Source: a virus. Taken from it: 38,763 nucleotides of DNA. Under the pieces are notes generated by a model. The model did no database searches and was not told the origin of the DNA. It worked only from the letters and a program-made list of their open reading frames with translations. The stretch lies in the IMG/VR virus record IMGVR_UViG_3300045988_151387, one strand, 5' to 3'. Position 1 is the first letter of the stretch. Every line of letters starts with the position of its first letter. Positions 14,363-23,426 of this stretch are shown here, one piece after another. A program made the translations under genes and the position numbers.

Positions 14363-15852
14363 AATTTATTGATTTTTTTGCCGGAGTCGGAGGGTTCCGC
14401 AGGGGAATGGAACTGGCAGGACATGAGTGCGTAGGCTTTTGTGAGTTTGACAAGTTTGCAACTGCAAGCTATACGTCCATGCACTTGCTTACACCAGAAC
14501 AGAGAGATTCCATGGGCAAGATGTCACTGAAACAACGACAAAAAGAAATACTAAAGGAGGAATACAGAAATGGAGAATGGTATGCAAATGACATTAGAAG
14601 AGTGTATGCCGGAGACATTCCAAAAGCAGATTGCTGGTGCTTCGGATTCCCTTGTCAGGATATCTCAGTTGCCGGAAAACAACTTGGATTTCAAGGAAAC
14701 CGTTCAAGTTTGTTTTTTAGAGTTATGTACCTTATCGGACAACTCGAAGAAGAAGATAAACCCACTTACCTTTTCGTTGAGAACGTTAAGAATCTGCTTA
14801 GCGTTAATGGAGGATGGGATTTCGCCAGGCTGCTCATTGAAATGGAGCAGGGGGGGTACGATGCAGAATGGCAAGTGCTCAACTCTAAAGACTTCGGAGT
14901 GCCTCAAAATAGAGAAAGGGTGTTCATTATCGGACATCTTAGAGGACGAAGTACCTCAGAAGTATTTCCTGCCGAAGGAGCAAACGGAAAAAATAGTGTT
15001 CACTTAATTTTAGATGGATGTATTAAAGGAAGGAATTCTCAAAGGGGCAGAATATACAATGGTAACGGATTGAGTCCAACAATATCAACAGTTCCAGGAG
15101 GGAATACTGAGCCAAAGGTTTCTGTGATGTTTAACGTTAACACATCAGGAAATGGAATGAACGGAAATGTATATGACGTTGACGGATTAAGCCCTACGCT
15201 CACAACAAACAAAGGCGAAGGTAATAAAGTAGGAATCAAGATTGTAGGCAGAATAAATTCATTTCAAGATGGGCAAGTTCATTCAGTTAATGGAATTTCA
15301 CAATGTTGTTCGGCTAGTTATGGAAATAGCCCCCAAATAGCAATCCAGGTCCTTACACCAGACAGAGCAGAGAAACGACAGAATGGAAGGCGGTTCAAGG
15401 AAGATGGTGAGCCGATGTTCACTCTGGCAGGACAGGACCGGCACGGTGTCGCTATTGAAGTTAAAGAGGCAACGAAACAGGGATATACTGAATGCAGAGT
15501 AGGAATTGACAGTGTAAATTTTGCAGTTCCAAACAGTAAAACGAGAAGAGGAAGAGTAGGACGTGAAATTGCAAATACACTTGATACAGGATGCAATCAG
15601 GGAATATTTGTTCAGGTATCAGAAGAATTAACTGTATATGCAGTTTGGTACGAAAAATATCAATGTTACATAGCAATCAGGAAATTAACACCGAGGGAAT
15701 GCTTCAGACTGCAAGGATGGACAGATGATTATTTTGAGAAAGCAGCATTTGTTAGTTCGGATAGCCAGTTGTACAAGCAGGCAGGAAATGGAGTTACAGT
15801 GACGGTTATTGAAGCAATAGCGAAAAAACTGGGGAGAGTGCATAAAATATAG
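14359..15852 (+). CDS. DNA (cytosine-5) methyltransferase with an enlarged, repeat-containing target-recognition region
   Basis: Motifs I FIDFFAGVGGF, IV GFPCQDIS, VI ENVKNL, VIII QNRERVFIIG, IX RKLTPRECFRLQGW, X YKQAGNGVTV. About 245 aa lie between motifs VIII and IX. Confidence 0.92.
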   Translation: MKFIDFFAGVGGFRRGMELAGHECVGFCEFDKFATASYTSMHLLTPEQRDSMGKMSLKQRQKEILKEEYRNGEWYANDIRRVYAGDIPKADCWCFGFPCQDISVAGKQLGFQGNRSSLFFRVMYLIGQLEEEDKPTYLFVENVKNLLSVNGGWDFARLLIEMEQGGYDAEWQVLNSKDFGVPQNRERVFIIGHLRGRSTSEVFPAEGANGKNSVHLILDGCIKGRNSQRGRIYNGNGLSPTISTVPGGNTEPKVSVMFNVNTSGNGMNGNVYDVDGLSPTLTTNKGEGNKVGIKIVGRINSFQDGQVHSVNGISQCCSASYGNSPQIAIQVLTPDRAEKRQNGRRFKEDGEPMFTLAGQDRHGVAIEVKEATKQGYTECRVGIDSVNFAVPNSKTRRGRVGREIANTLDTGCNQGIFVQVSEELTVYAVWYEKYQCYIAIRKLTPRECFRLQGWTDDYFEKAAFVSSDSQLYKQAGNGVTVTVIEAIAKKLGRVHKI

Positions 15853-15870
15853 GAATAGAGGTACGGGAAG

Positions 15871-16191
15871 ATGGACGAAAAGAAAGTTAGAGAAGCAATC
15901 AAAGCATTAAAAATTACAATTGATATAGGCAAACAAAAGATTGAGCATAACAAAACTTTTGAACCTAAAAATGATAATGAACCGATAGAGAAAAGTGTTG
16001 AACATGCAAAAACTGCAATCAAAGCACTGGAAAAGCAGTTGCCGAAAGAAATTAAGGCTATTAATCCTGAGCGTAGTGAAGAATCTGGAGATGTTGAATT
16101 TTGTTGTCCGAATTGCAACAGTCATTATTTATATGACATAACAGACGTACCGAACTATTGCCCCGAGTGTGGAATTAGATTTGACACATAA
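15871..16191 (+). CDS. Coiled-coil + zinc-ribbon protein, hypothetical
   Basis: C-terminus CCPNCNSHYLYDITDVPNYCPECG. Confidence 0.5.
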   Translation: MDEKKVREAIKALKITIDIGKQKIEHNKTFEPKNDNEPIEKSVEHAKTAIKALEKQLPKEIKAINPERSEESGDVEFCCPNCNSHYLYDITDVPNYCPECGIRFDT

Positions 16192-16207
16192 AAGGAGAGT
16201 GAAATAA

Positions 16208-16618
16208 GTGAGAGAAATCCTTTTTAAAGCAAAGAGAAAAGATAATGGCGAATGGGTGAAAGGATATTATAGAGCAGACCCAGACTTAGATACACATTAT
16301 ATATGTGGTTGGAATTATTATGCATCTGAAAACGGGCTTGAAAGAGAACCGTTTGAAGAAGAAATCGACCCCGACACCCTCTGCCAGTTCACAGGACTTA
16401 CCGACAAGAATGGTCGGAAGATTTGGGAGAATGATATTTGTGATACTTTTGAAAATGTTTCAAAAGAGATGCTGAGAAATGTAGTTAAATTCGAAGATGG
16501 CTGCTTTAAAGTTTTCAAGAAACACTATTTGTCTATGCATTTGGACTGTTACGAAGAATCCGACTTAAAAGTAGTCGGCAATGTGTTTGATAATCCAAAG
16601 TTATTGGAGGTGGAGTGA
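16208..16618 (+). CDS. YopX-family protein
   Basis: GTG start after aaaggagagtg. FKAKRKDNGEWVKGYY...QFTGLTDKNGRKIWENDI...GNVFDNPKLLE. Confidence 0.75.
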   Translation: MREILFKAKRKDNGEWVKGYYRADPDLDTHYICGWNYYASENGLEREPFEEEIDPDTLCQFTGLTDKNGRKIWENDICDTFENVSKEMLRNVVKFEDGCFKVFKKHYLSMHLDCYEESDLKVVGNVFDNPKLLEVE

Positions 16619-16788
16619 TGCACATTACAGTAAAACAAGGAATAGATAATTGCTATCTAGCACACAAATATGAACATCCAGGATATGAAGAAGACAGATG
16701 TGCCGGATTAAGAGGTGAAGGAGAACCAATTGAAGAATGTCAAGAGTGTGCCCTGTACTATGGTAATAGATTTGGAAAGGAAGAATGA
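16618..16788 (+). CDS. Small Cys-containing protein (56 aa)
   Basis: TGATG overlap with yopX. Not in the ORF track. Confidence 0.4.
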   Translation: MHITVKQGIDNCYLAHKYEHPGYEEDRCAGLRGEGEPIEECQECALYYGNRFGKEE

Positions 16789-16791
16789 AAG

Positions 16792-16920
16792 ATGAAAGTA
16801 AATCAAGAAGAGAAAGCAGAAATTGAAGAAGGAGAAGATATAGAAATGTGCCGGGAGCAGTGTTGTAAGGGATGTACTAAGACTTGCGGATACCGATGCA
16901 TGGCAATACAAGGAGGATGA
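16792..16920 (+). CDS. Small Cys-rich protein (42 aa)
   Basis: Sequence MKVNQEEKAEIEEGEDIEMCREQCCKGCTKTCGYRCMAIQGG. Confidence 0.35.
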   Translation: MKVNQEEKAEIEEGEDIEMCREQCCKGCTKTCGYRCMAIQGG

Positions 16921-16924
16921 GATT

Positions 16925-17089
16925 ATGACAGAACAAACAAGAATCTGTGCCACTTGCACAGAAAATGACGGAGGCCTGTGTGATTTAAAAGGGCTTTTAG
17001 TAGAAGATGATGATACATGTGAAAGATGGAGCAATAAACAAGCAGACTGGCGGGAACATATGCTGCATACGTTTCTGGCCGGGCATTAA
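16925..17089 (+). CDS. Small Cys-rich protein (54 aa)
   Basis: RBS aggagga. Sequence MTEQTRICATCTENDGGLCDLKGLLVEDDDTCERW... Confidence 0.4.
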   Translation: MTEQTRICATCTENDGGLCDLKGLLVEDDDTCERWSNKQADWREHMLHTFLAGH

Positions 17090-17119
17090 TGCAAATAAAT
17101 TTATCGGAGGTAAAAGAAC

Positions 17120-17509
17120 ATGAAGAAAAAATTATTTATAGCAGCAGTTATCGGAGTAACAGCATTAGCAGGATGTGATACAGAAGTAAACAGAGTATCT
17201 TACAATCTTTCTCAGGAAGCGGATAATTTTAATGATATCCGGCAGATTACGGTAATTAATTGTTTACAGGGAGATGTTCTCTTCCAAATGACCGGAAAGA
17301 TGTCTATTACAGCAGATACATCAGATAACCAGTTAGAAATCATTGTAGAGGATGAAAACGGGGAATACAAGAAGCATTTCATAGGCCTGAGTGATAATGT
17401 GACCTATGTGGTAGAGGATGTGACAGCAGGAGATGTAGAGAAATATAAATACACATTAAACTTTAATCCTGAAATGTGGCTGCCTTATGAAGTTGAAACG
17501 ATAGATTAA
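17120..17509 (+). CDS. Lipoprotein
   Basis: RBS ggaggt. Signal peptide MKKKLFIAAVIGVTALAGC with lipobox LAGC. Confidence 0.75.
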   Translation: MKKKLFIAAVIGVTALAGCDTEVNRVSYNLSQEADNFNDIRQITVINCLQGDVLFQMTGKMSITADTSDNQLEIIVEDENGEYKKHFIGLSDNVTYVVEDVTAGDVEKYKYTLNFNPEMWLPYEVETID

Positions 17510-17534
17510 AAGGAAGAGACAAAACCAATATTTA

Positions 17535-17741
17535 GTGGAGGTAACAATATATGAAGGATTTACAATTAAAAGATATATATCGCATTATTTAACAACAAGA
17601 CAACCGATCAGGCTTAATTATCCAACGGGCGAAAGCATGATAGCGAGAATATCGGATTTTGATAGTTATGGAGAATATTATGTGACAGAGATATATGTAC
17701 ATAACAATGAGCTGATGCTGGAGCTGAGACTTGAGATTTAA
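17535..17741 (+). CDS. Hypothetical ORF with uncertain start
   Basis: The GTG start has no RBS. The ggaggt at 17537 serves an out-of-frame 13-codon ATG ORF. Confidence 0.25.
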   Translation: MEVTIYEGFTIKRYISHYLTTRQPIRLNYPTGESMIARISDFDSYGEYYVTEIYVHNNELMLELRLEI

Positions 17742-17754
17742 AGAAGGTGACTAA

Positions 17755-18009
17755 ATGGAAGATAGATGCATATGTTGCGGGGAAATAATCCCAGAAGGGC
17801 GGCAGGTATGTAAGGAGTGCCAGGAAGGAGGCCAGATGAATAAAGAAGGATACAAAGACCCAACGGCAGAAATAGCAGTACATAGAGCTAGCCGGATACC
17901 AAAACACATACGGAATGTATTTAATAAGCTAAATCTGGCAGCAGGAAAATCCGGTATGGAAGTAACAGAAATAAGGGACAAGGAGACAGGGAAGAGATAC
18001 AGGAGGTGA
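17755..18009 (+). CDS. Zinc-finger protein, hypothetical
   Basis: RBS gaaggtg. N-terminus CICCGEIIPEGRQVCKEC. Confidence 0.5.
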   Translation: MEDRCICCGEIIPEGRQVCKECQEGGQMNKEGYKDPTAEIAVHRASRIPKHIRNVFNKLNLAAGKSGMEVTEIRDKETGKRYRR

Positions 18010-18449
18010 TTCCATTGGAGAAAAGACTAAGAGACATGACCTGGGAAGATTATGGGATATCCAAGAACCGCTACAAGGAGCTAAAAGCCTTCTGCCTGCA
18101 ATATGACGAAAAGAAAAGCAAGATAAAGTATGGGATATCGGCTATGCAGTATGATGGTCAGCCAAAAGCACATAACACAGGAAGCCAGGTAGAGAACCAG
18201 GCAATAGAAAATGACATCTATAAAAGAGATTGTGCTATGATAGAAGAAGCTGCTATAAGGGCAAACCCTGAGATATGGAGGTACATACTGAAATCAGTGA
18301 CATTGGGACTTTCGTATGAATTTGTAGAGTATGATGATGAACAGGGGAGGATTCCTATATGCAGACACGATTTCTATGGAACCAAGAGGAAATTCTATGC
18401 AATTTTAAATTCATTGAAATTGGGACACAAATTGAACGACATTCCATGA
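18006..18449 (+). CDS. Possible late-gene transcriptional activator (RinA/ArpU-like by position); function unverified
   Basis: Last gene before the packaging module. An alternative TTG start at 18015 lies 8 nt after aggagg. No confident motif. Confidence 0.3.
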   Translation: MIPLEKRLRDMTWEDYGISKNRYKELKAFCLQYDEKKSKIKYGISAMQYDGQPKAHNTGSQVENQAIENDIYKRDCAMIEEAAIRANPEIWRYILKSVTLGLSYEFVEYDDEQGRIPICRHDFYGTKRKFYAILNSLKLGHKLNDIP

Positions 18450-18696
18450 TATTATGATATCAGGTAAAGTTGCAACAGAGGTAGTAACTTGCCACATTTG
18501 ACTATCAGCCTCCTTTATATGTATGGCATGGCAGCAGGGTGTCACAGCCCTGTTGTTGTATCAGGCTCAGACGGTAACGCCTTTGCAGGAAAAAGTATAG
18601 AGACCGTCATTCCCAAAAAATACTTTTTTCAAACACCTTGTAGAAATATGGGGTGTTTTGTTGTATGATAAAGAAAATATATTTGGGGGTATTGTA

Positions 18697-19623
18697 ATGA
18701 AACCAGTTTATTGTTCAGATGATTTTTTATTTCGATATAGAAAATTGGAGGGAGAACAGGCAGAAAAAAATATTGATGCCTTAAAAGCAAATAGATTATA
18801 TTTTTCAAGGCCTCAGTATTTTAATGACCCTTATGATAATCTAATGTATATTAATTCAGAACAAATGTTGCAAACTATGCACACAAATTGGGATAAGGGC
18901 ATGGACTCATACTTAAAAGACCTAAAAAAAAGAAATCCACTTATGGGACTTTTTGGAGAGGCTATGTGGAATTCAGATCAGCGAGAAGAGTATACGAGAA
19001 ATTATGATGCTGCTGTTAAAAAAGCAATCAAAGAAATAAGAAAAAAAACAAAATCAAATATGAAAATAATATGTTTTTCAAAAGATTGCAAGTCAATGTT
19101 GATGTGGGCTCATTATGCTGATGATTATAAGGGATTCGTACTTGTTTATAATAAAACTGATATTAATAATGCAAAAAAATTTGATAAAAAAGAAAAAATC
19201 CTTCAAGATAGAACAATGTTAGCTTCAGTCGAATATAAGAATAAACGTATTGATATGACAGAATATATACATCAATATATTCTTAAATATATTTACCCTG
19301 GAGAACTGGATGTCAGAGGTATTTCGGATTTGCCTCAGAATGTATTGCGTGAGTTTGTTCTTAGAAAGTCTTTGGAATGGAAGTATGAGAGAGAATTCAG
19401 ATTGATACCTGAATACATAGATTTAAATAATGAGAGTCCATTGCATTACATTGAATGCAAGCCAAAGGCTATAATTTTAGGGAGTCGCTGTCAAGAAGTA
19501 TACAAACAGAAAATAACTGAAATAGCTAAAAAGAAGAGCGTATCTGTCTTCCAGATTATTATTAAAGATTCAAACAGTAAATATGAACTAGACATTCATA
19601 AAATATGGGGGCCAACCGATTGA
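18697..19623 (+). CDS. DUF2971-like protein (moron)
   Basis: LYFSRPQYFNDPYDN, WAHYADDYKGFVLVY and EWKYEREFRLI match the DUF2971 signature as I recall it. The gene is AT-richer by eye than its flanks. A 245-bp non-coding stretch lies upstream. Confidence 0.55.
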   Translation: MKPVYCSDDFLFRYRKLEGEQAEKNIDALKANRLYFSRPQYFNDPYDNLMYINSEQMLQTMHTNWDKGMDSYLKDLKKRNPLMGLFGEAMWNSDQREEYTRNYDAAVKKAIKEIRKKTKSNMKIICFSKDCKSMLMWAHYADDYKGFVLVYNKTDINNAKKFDKKEKILQDRTMLASVEYKNKRIDMTEYIHQYILKYIYPGELDVRGISDLPQNVLREFVLRKSLEWKYEREFRLIPEYIDLNNESPLHYIECKPKAIILGSRCQEVYKQKITEIAKKKSVSVFQIIIKDSNSKYELDIHKIWGPTD

Positions 19624-19665
19624 TTATAGATTACGTCCAAAACAAACGAAGAGAGGTGGTAATGT

Positions 19666-20613
19666 TTGGATGGAGAAGTAAAAGCAACAAATGCAGAACT
19701 TGCCTATCAGGATTACCTAAAAGGCATGAAGTACAAAGAAATAGCCGAGAAATATGGCGTGACCATAAATACAGTAAAATCCTGGAAGACCAGATACAAA
19801 TGGTCAAAGGATAGTAAAAAAAGTGTGCACACAAAAACAGGAAAGGTGTGCACACAAAAAAACAATAAAAACAATGTAAAAAAAGAAGCCATTGCAGAAG
19901 CGGTTGATCAGGTGATAGAAAATGCTGAATTAACCGATAAGCAAAGGCTTTTTTGTGTTTTGTATGTCAAGTGTTTTAATGCTACAAAGGCGTATCAGAA
20001 AGCATATGAAGTAGATTACAATACTGCAGCATCTATAGGGTATAGATCGTTGGAGAATGATGGAGTAAAAAAAGAAATACAAAGATTAAAGAAAAACCGC
20101 CTAAACCGGGAAATGCTAGACGAATCCGATATCTTTCAGAAGTACATGGATATAGCCTTTTCAGATGTGACAGATTTTGTAGAATTTGGCCAGGAGGATG
20201 TACCAGCGATGGCAGTTTATGGACCGGTACAGGTAAAAGATGAGGAAACAGGAGAAAAGAAAACCCTCACGAAAAGAGTGAATGTTGTTCGTTTTAAAGA
20301 TTCCTCAGAAGTAGATGGAACCCTAATTGCAGAAGTAAAACAGGGAAAAGATGGTGCAAGCATTAAACTGCCGGACAGAATGAAAGCTCTGGAATGGCTT
20401 GCAGAGCATATGGATATGGCAACAAAAGAACAGCAAATCAGAATAAGACGTGCAGAATTTGCCATGAATCAGGAACTTGGAAATCATGATGAGGATAACG
20501 AAAACATTGCTTCCTTCCTGAAAGCTATGAGCCCAGATCAAGAAGATATAAATAAATTGTTCCAGAAAGAGGAAGAGGATGCCGAAGAAAAAGAAGAGAC
20601 CAGCGAGATTTGA
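19666..20613 (+). CDS. terS: Terminase small subunit
   Basis: TTG start after gagaggtgg. N-terminal HTH ([24 protein letters not shown]). [26 protein letters not shown] (Terminase_2-type). Confidence 0.8.
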   Translation: MDGEVKATNAELAYQDYLKGMKYKEIAEKYGVTINTVKSWKTRYKWSKDSKKSVHTKTGKVCTQKNNKNNVKKEAIAEAVDQVIENAELTDKQRLFCVLYVKCFNATKAYQKAYEVDYNTAASIGYRSLENDGVKKEIQRLKKNRLNREMLDESDIFQKYMDIAFSDVTDFVEFGQEDVPAMAVYGPVQVKDEETGEKKTLTKRVNVVRFKDSSEVDGTLIAEVKQGKDGASIKLPDRMKALEWLAEHMDMATKEQQIRIRRAEFAMNQELGNHDEDNENIASFLKAMSPDQEDINKLFQKEEEDAEEKEETSEI

Positions 20614-21892
20614 TTTTAAGCCTTTCTCAGACCAGCAAAGGCGGCTGATACACTGGTGGCGTCCAATGGCATTATCCAGCCAAAATGATATTGTTATCGC
20701 AGATGGGGCAATCCGTTCAGGAAAAACCATTGCCATGATTATTGGTTTTCTTACATGGTCCCAGGAAATGTTTTCTGGACAATCTTTCATCTTAGCTGGA
20801 AAAACTATGGGAGCCTTAAAAAAGAATGTGGTTCGCCCTATGTTGCAGATGTTAGAAGCATGGGGATGGCCTTATGAATATGTCCGTTCTGGCACAGATG
20901 CAAGGATTGAGATAGGGACAAACACCTATTACCTGTATGGGGCAAGTACAGAAGCCAGCCAGGATGCCTTGCAGGGACTTACAGCAGCAGGAGCTTACGC
21001 AGATGAGGCGGCATTGTTCCCACAGAATTTCATAGACCAGATGATGGGGCGCTGCTCTGTAGAAGGTTCCAAAGTATGGATGAACTGCAACCCAGAGAAT
21101 CCACACAACTATATCAATGAAGAGTTCATCAGAAAGGCAAAGGAAAAAAGAGTTTACCATCTGCATTTCATGATGGAGGATAACCTTACATTGTCTCAGA
21201 AGAAAATCGAAGAGTATAAGCGGAAGTGGCCACACAGCAGTGTGTTCTACAAACGCTTTATTTTAGGCTTGTGGGTGGCAGCAGAAGGTTTGATTTATCA
21301 GCAGTTTGCAGATAATGTGAAAGATTATCTGATAACCAGTGAATGGCTTGAGGATAATCCGATTTTATATGCAGTTATCGGGGTCGATTTCGGAGGAACG
21401 AAGTCGGCTCATTCTTTTACTCTGACAGGATTCACAAGAGGCTATAAACAGGTGATTGTCCTGGATGAGTATTATTGTAAAAAACGTATTAATCCAAAAC
21501 AGCTTCAGGATGATTTCATAGATTTTGTTAAGCGTGCTAAGAGTAAATTTAAAGTTTATGAGGCTTACTGTGATAGTGCAGAGCAGACTTTGATTGCTGG
21601 GCTGGAGATAGCCTGCATGGAAGCTCATGTGGCAATTGATATTAAGAATGCAATCAAAGGTCCCATCAATGACAGGATAGCCTTTTACAACAGCCTGATT
21701 GCCCAGCATCGCTGGAAGGTTATGAAACACTGTAAAAATATCAGAGAGGCCTTTGAAAACGCAGTATATGACGATACAAAGAAAAACGAAGATGTCCGGC
21801 TGGATGATGGGTTAATGAACGTGGATTCCCTGGACTCCACAGAATACAGCACAGAAAGCGTCCAGGAGGATATTTTGTATGTAACAGCATAG
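20579..21892 (+). CDS. terL: Terminase large subunit (PBSX/Terminase_3-like)
   Basis: Walker [16 protein letters not shown] (Walker B-like). C-terminal nuclease half IGVDFGG...CDSAEQ. Confidence 0.9.
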   Translation: MPKKKKRPARFDFKPFSDQQRRLIHWWRPMALSSQNDIVIADGAIRSGKTIAMIIGFLTWSQEMFSGQSFILAGKTMGALKKNVVRPMLQMLEAWGWPYEYVRSGTDARIEIGTNTYYLYGASTEASQDALQGLTAAGAYADEAALFPQNFIDQMMGRCSVEGSKVWMNCNPENPHNYINEEFIRKAKEKRVYHLHFMMEDNLTLSQKKIEEYKRKWPHSSVFYKRFILGLWVAAEGLIYQQFADNVKDYLITSEWLEDNPILYAVIGVDFGGTKSAHSFTLTGFTRGYKQVIVLDEYYCKKRINPKQLQDDFIDFVKRAKSKFKVYEAYCDSAEQTLIAGLEIACMEAHVAIDIKNAIKGPINDRIAFYNSLIAQHRWKVMKHCKNIREAFENAVYDDTKKNEDVRLDDGLMNVDSLDSTEYSTESVQEDILYVTA

Positions 21893-21901
21893 GAGGAGCA
21901 C

Positions 21902-23416
21902 ATGGACAGAAAAGGACCCATTATACGCCAGTATCTGGCGGAAAATCATTTTAGAACCATTTCAGATAATACTTATGAACATATAGAGGAATGGCTGGAA
22001 TGGTATCAAAACGAAGTAGCAAAGTTTCACCATTACAACATATGGAATGGAATTGTGACAACAAAACATGAGCGTTACCGCCTTGGAATGGCAAAAACCA
22101 TATGCGAAGACTGGGCAAATCTCCTGTTAAATGAAAAAGTAGCAATCAAGGCAGGAAGCTACAGCAACCGGCTGAATGATATCCTTCTGTACAATAAGTT
22201 TCGGGTCAATGGAAACAAACTGGTAGAGAGGGCGTTTGCTCTTGGTACAGGTGCTTTTGTGGAATACAAAGGAGCAGACGGGGAAGTTCTCATTGACTAT
22301 GTGGATGCAGACATGATTTATCCGCTGTCCTGGGATAATGGGGAGATTACCGAGTGTGCTTTTGGTTCTGTTAGGGTAGTAGATGGGAAAGAGACGGTGT
22401 ATTTGCAAATGCACTTACTGGGAGAACCAGAAATAGGAGAACAGCCGGATATCTATTATCTGTACAACAAATACCTGGATGCAGAATCAGGGAAGGAACT
22501 GGAACCGCCAGAAACGATTGTGCCGGTAGTAAACACAGGAAGCAGGGAACCACTCTTCCAGATTCTGACACCGAACATCTGCAACAATGTGGACATGGAC
22601 AGTCCTCTTGGTATTTCTGTATTTGCAAATGCCATAAGCCAGCTAAAAGGATGCGATATTGTATATGACAGCTATATAAATGAGTTTATCCTTGGCCGGA
22701 AACGTGTATTAATTCCCATATCTGCCGCTAAAATGGAGATGGAGAAGGAAGGGTTGAAACCTCCTGCCTTTGACCCAAAAGAGACAGTGTATTTCATGAT
22801 GCCAGGAGACCGACAGGAGGATATGAAACTGACGGAAATCGACATGAATATACGGGCAAATGAGCACGAACTTGGAATACAGCGTTCCCTTGATATCCTG
22901 AGTTTAAAAGTTGGTATGGGAGCTGGAAGATATAAATTTGAAAGCGGCGGCGTAAAAACAGCTACCGAGGTCATATCGGATAAGTCGGATTTGTACCAGA
23001 ACAGACAGAAACACTGCCTTATGGTAGAGGATGCCATTTTAAATATGGTTCGTGCAGTTTCTTTTCTGGACACAGGGGCAGCAGCAGAAGCTACCATAGA
23101 TTTTGATGATTCCATCATAGAGGACAGTAACGCTACCATAGACAAGAATATCAAGCTGGTAAACGCAGGGCTTCGTTCCAAGGTCACAGCCATTATGGAA
23201 ATTAATAAGTGCGAACCGGAAGAGGCGGAAGAGGAGTTACAGAGGATTGCAGAGGATAATCAGATTGATACAGACAATGTCAACTGGACAGATATGGAGG
23301 GTGAGGATGAACCGGAACAGGAACCTGATAAAAAGGATAAGGAGACCAAAGAAGAGGAGAAAGACAGGGAAAGTAAGAAGCCTGGTAAGAAATCTTCTAA
23401 GGAAAATAAAGAGTAG
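21902..23416 (+). CDS. Portal protein
   Basis: 504 aa, immediately after terL. Acidic/Lys-rich tail. Confidence 0.8.
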   Translation: MDRKGPIIRQYLAENHFRTISDNTYEHIEEWLEWYQNEVAKFHHYNIWNGIVTTKHERYRLGMAKTICEDWANLLLNEKVAIKAGSYSNRLNDILLYNKFRVNGNKLVERAFALGTGAFVEYKGADGEVLIDYVDADMIYPLSWDNGEITECAFGSVRVVDGKETVYLQMHLLGEPEIGEQPDIYYLYNKYLDAESGKELEPPETIVPVVNTGSREPLFQILTPNICNNVDMDSPLGISVFANAISQLKGCDIVYDSYINEFILGRKRVLIPISAAKMEMEKEGLKPPAFDPKETVYFMMPGDRQEDMKLTEIDMNIRANEHELGIQRSLDILSLKVGMGAGRYKFESGGVKTATEVISDKSDLYQNRQKHCLMVEDAILNMVRAVSFLDTGAAAEATIDFDDSIIEDSNATIDKNIKLVNAGLRSKVTAIMEINKCEPEEAEEELQRIAEDNQIDTDNVNWTDMEGEDEPEQEPDKKDKETKEEEKDRESKKPGKKSSKENKE

Positions 23417-23426
23417 GTGGTTTTAA

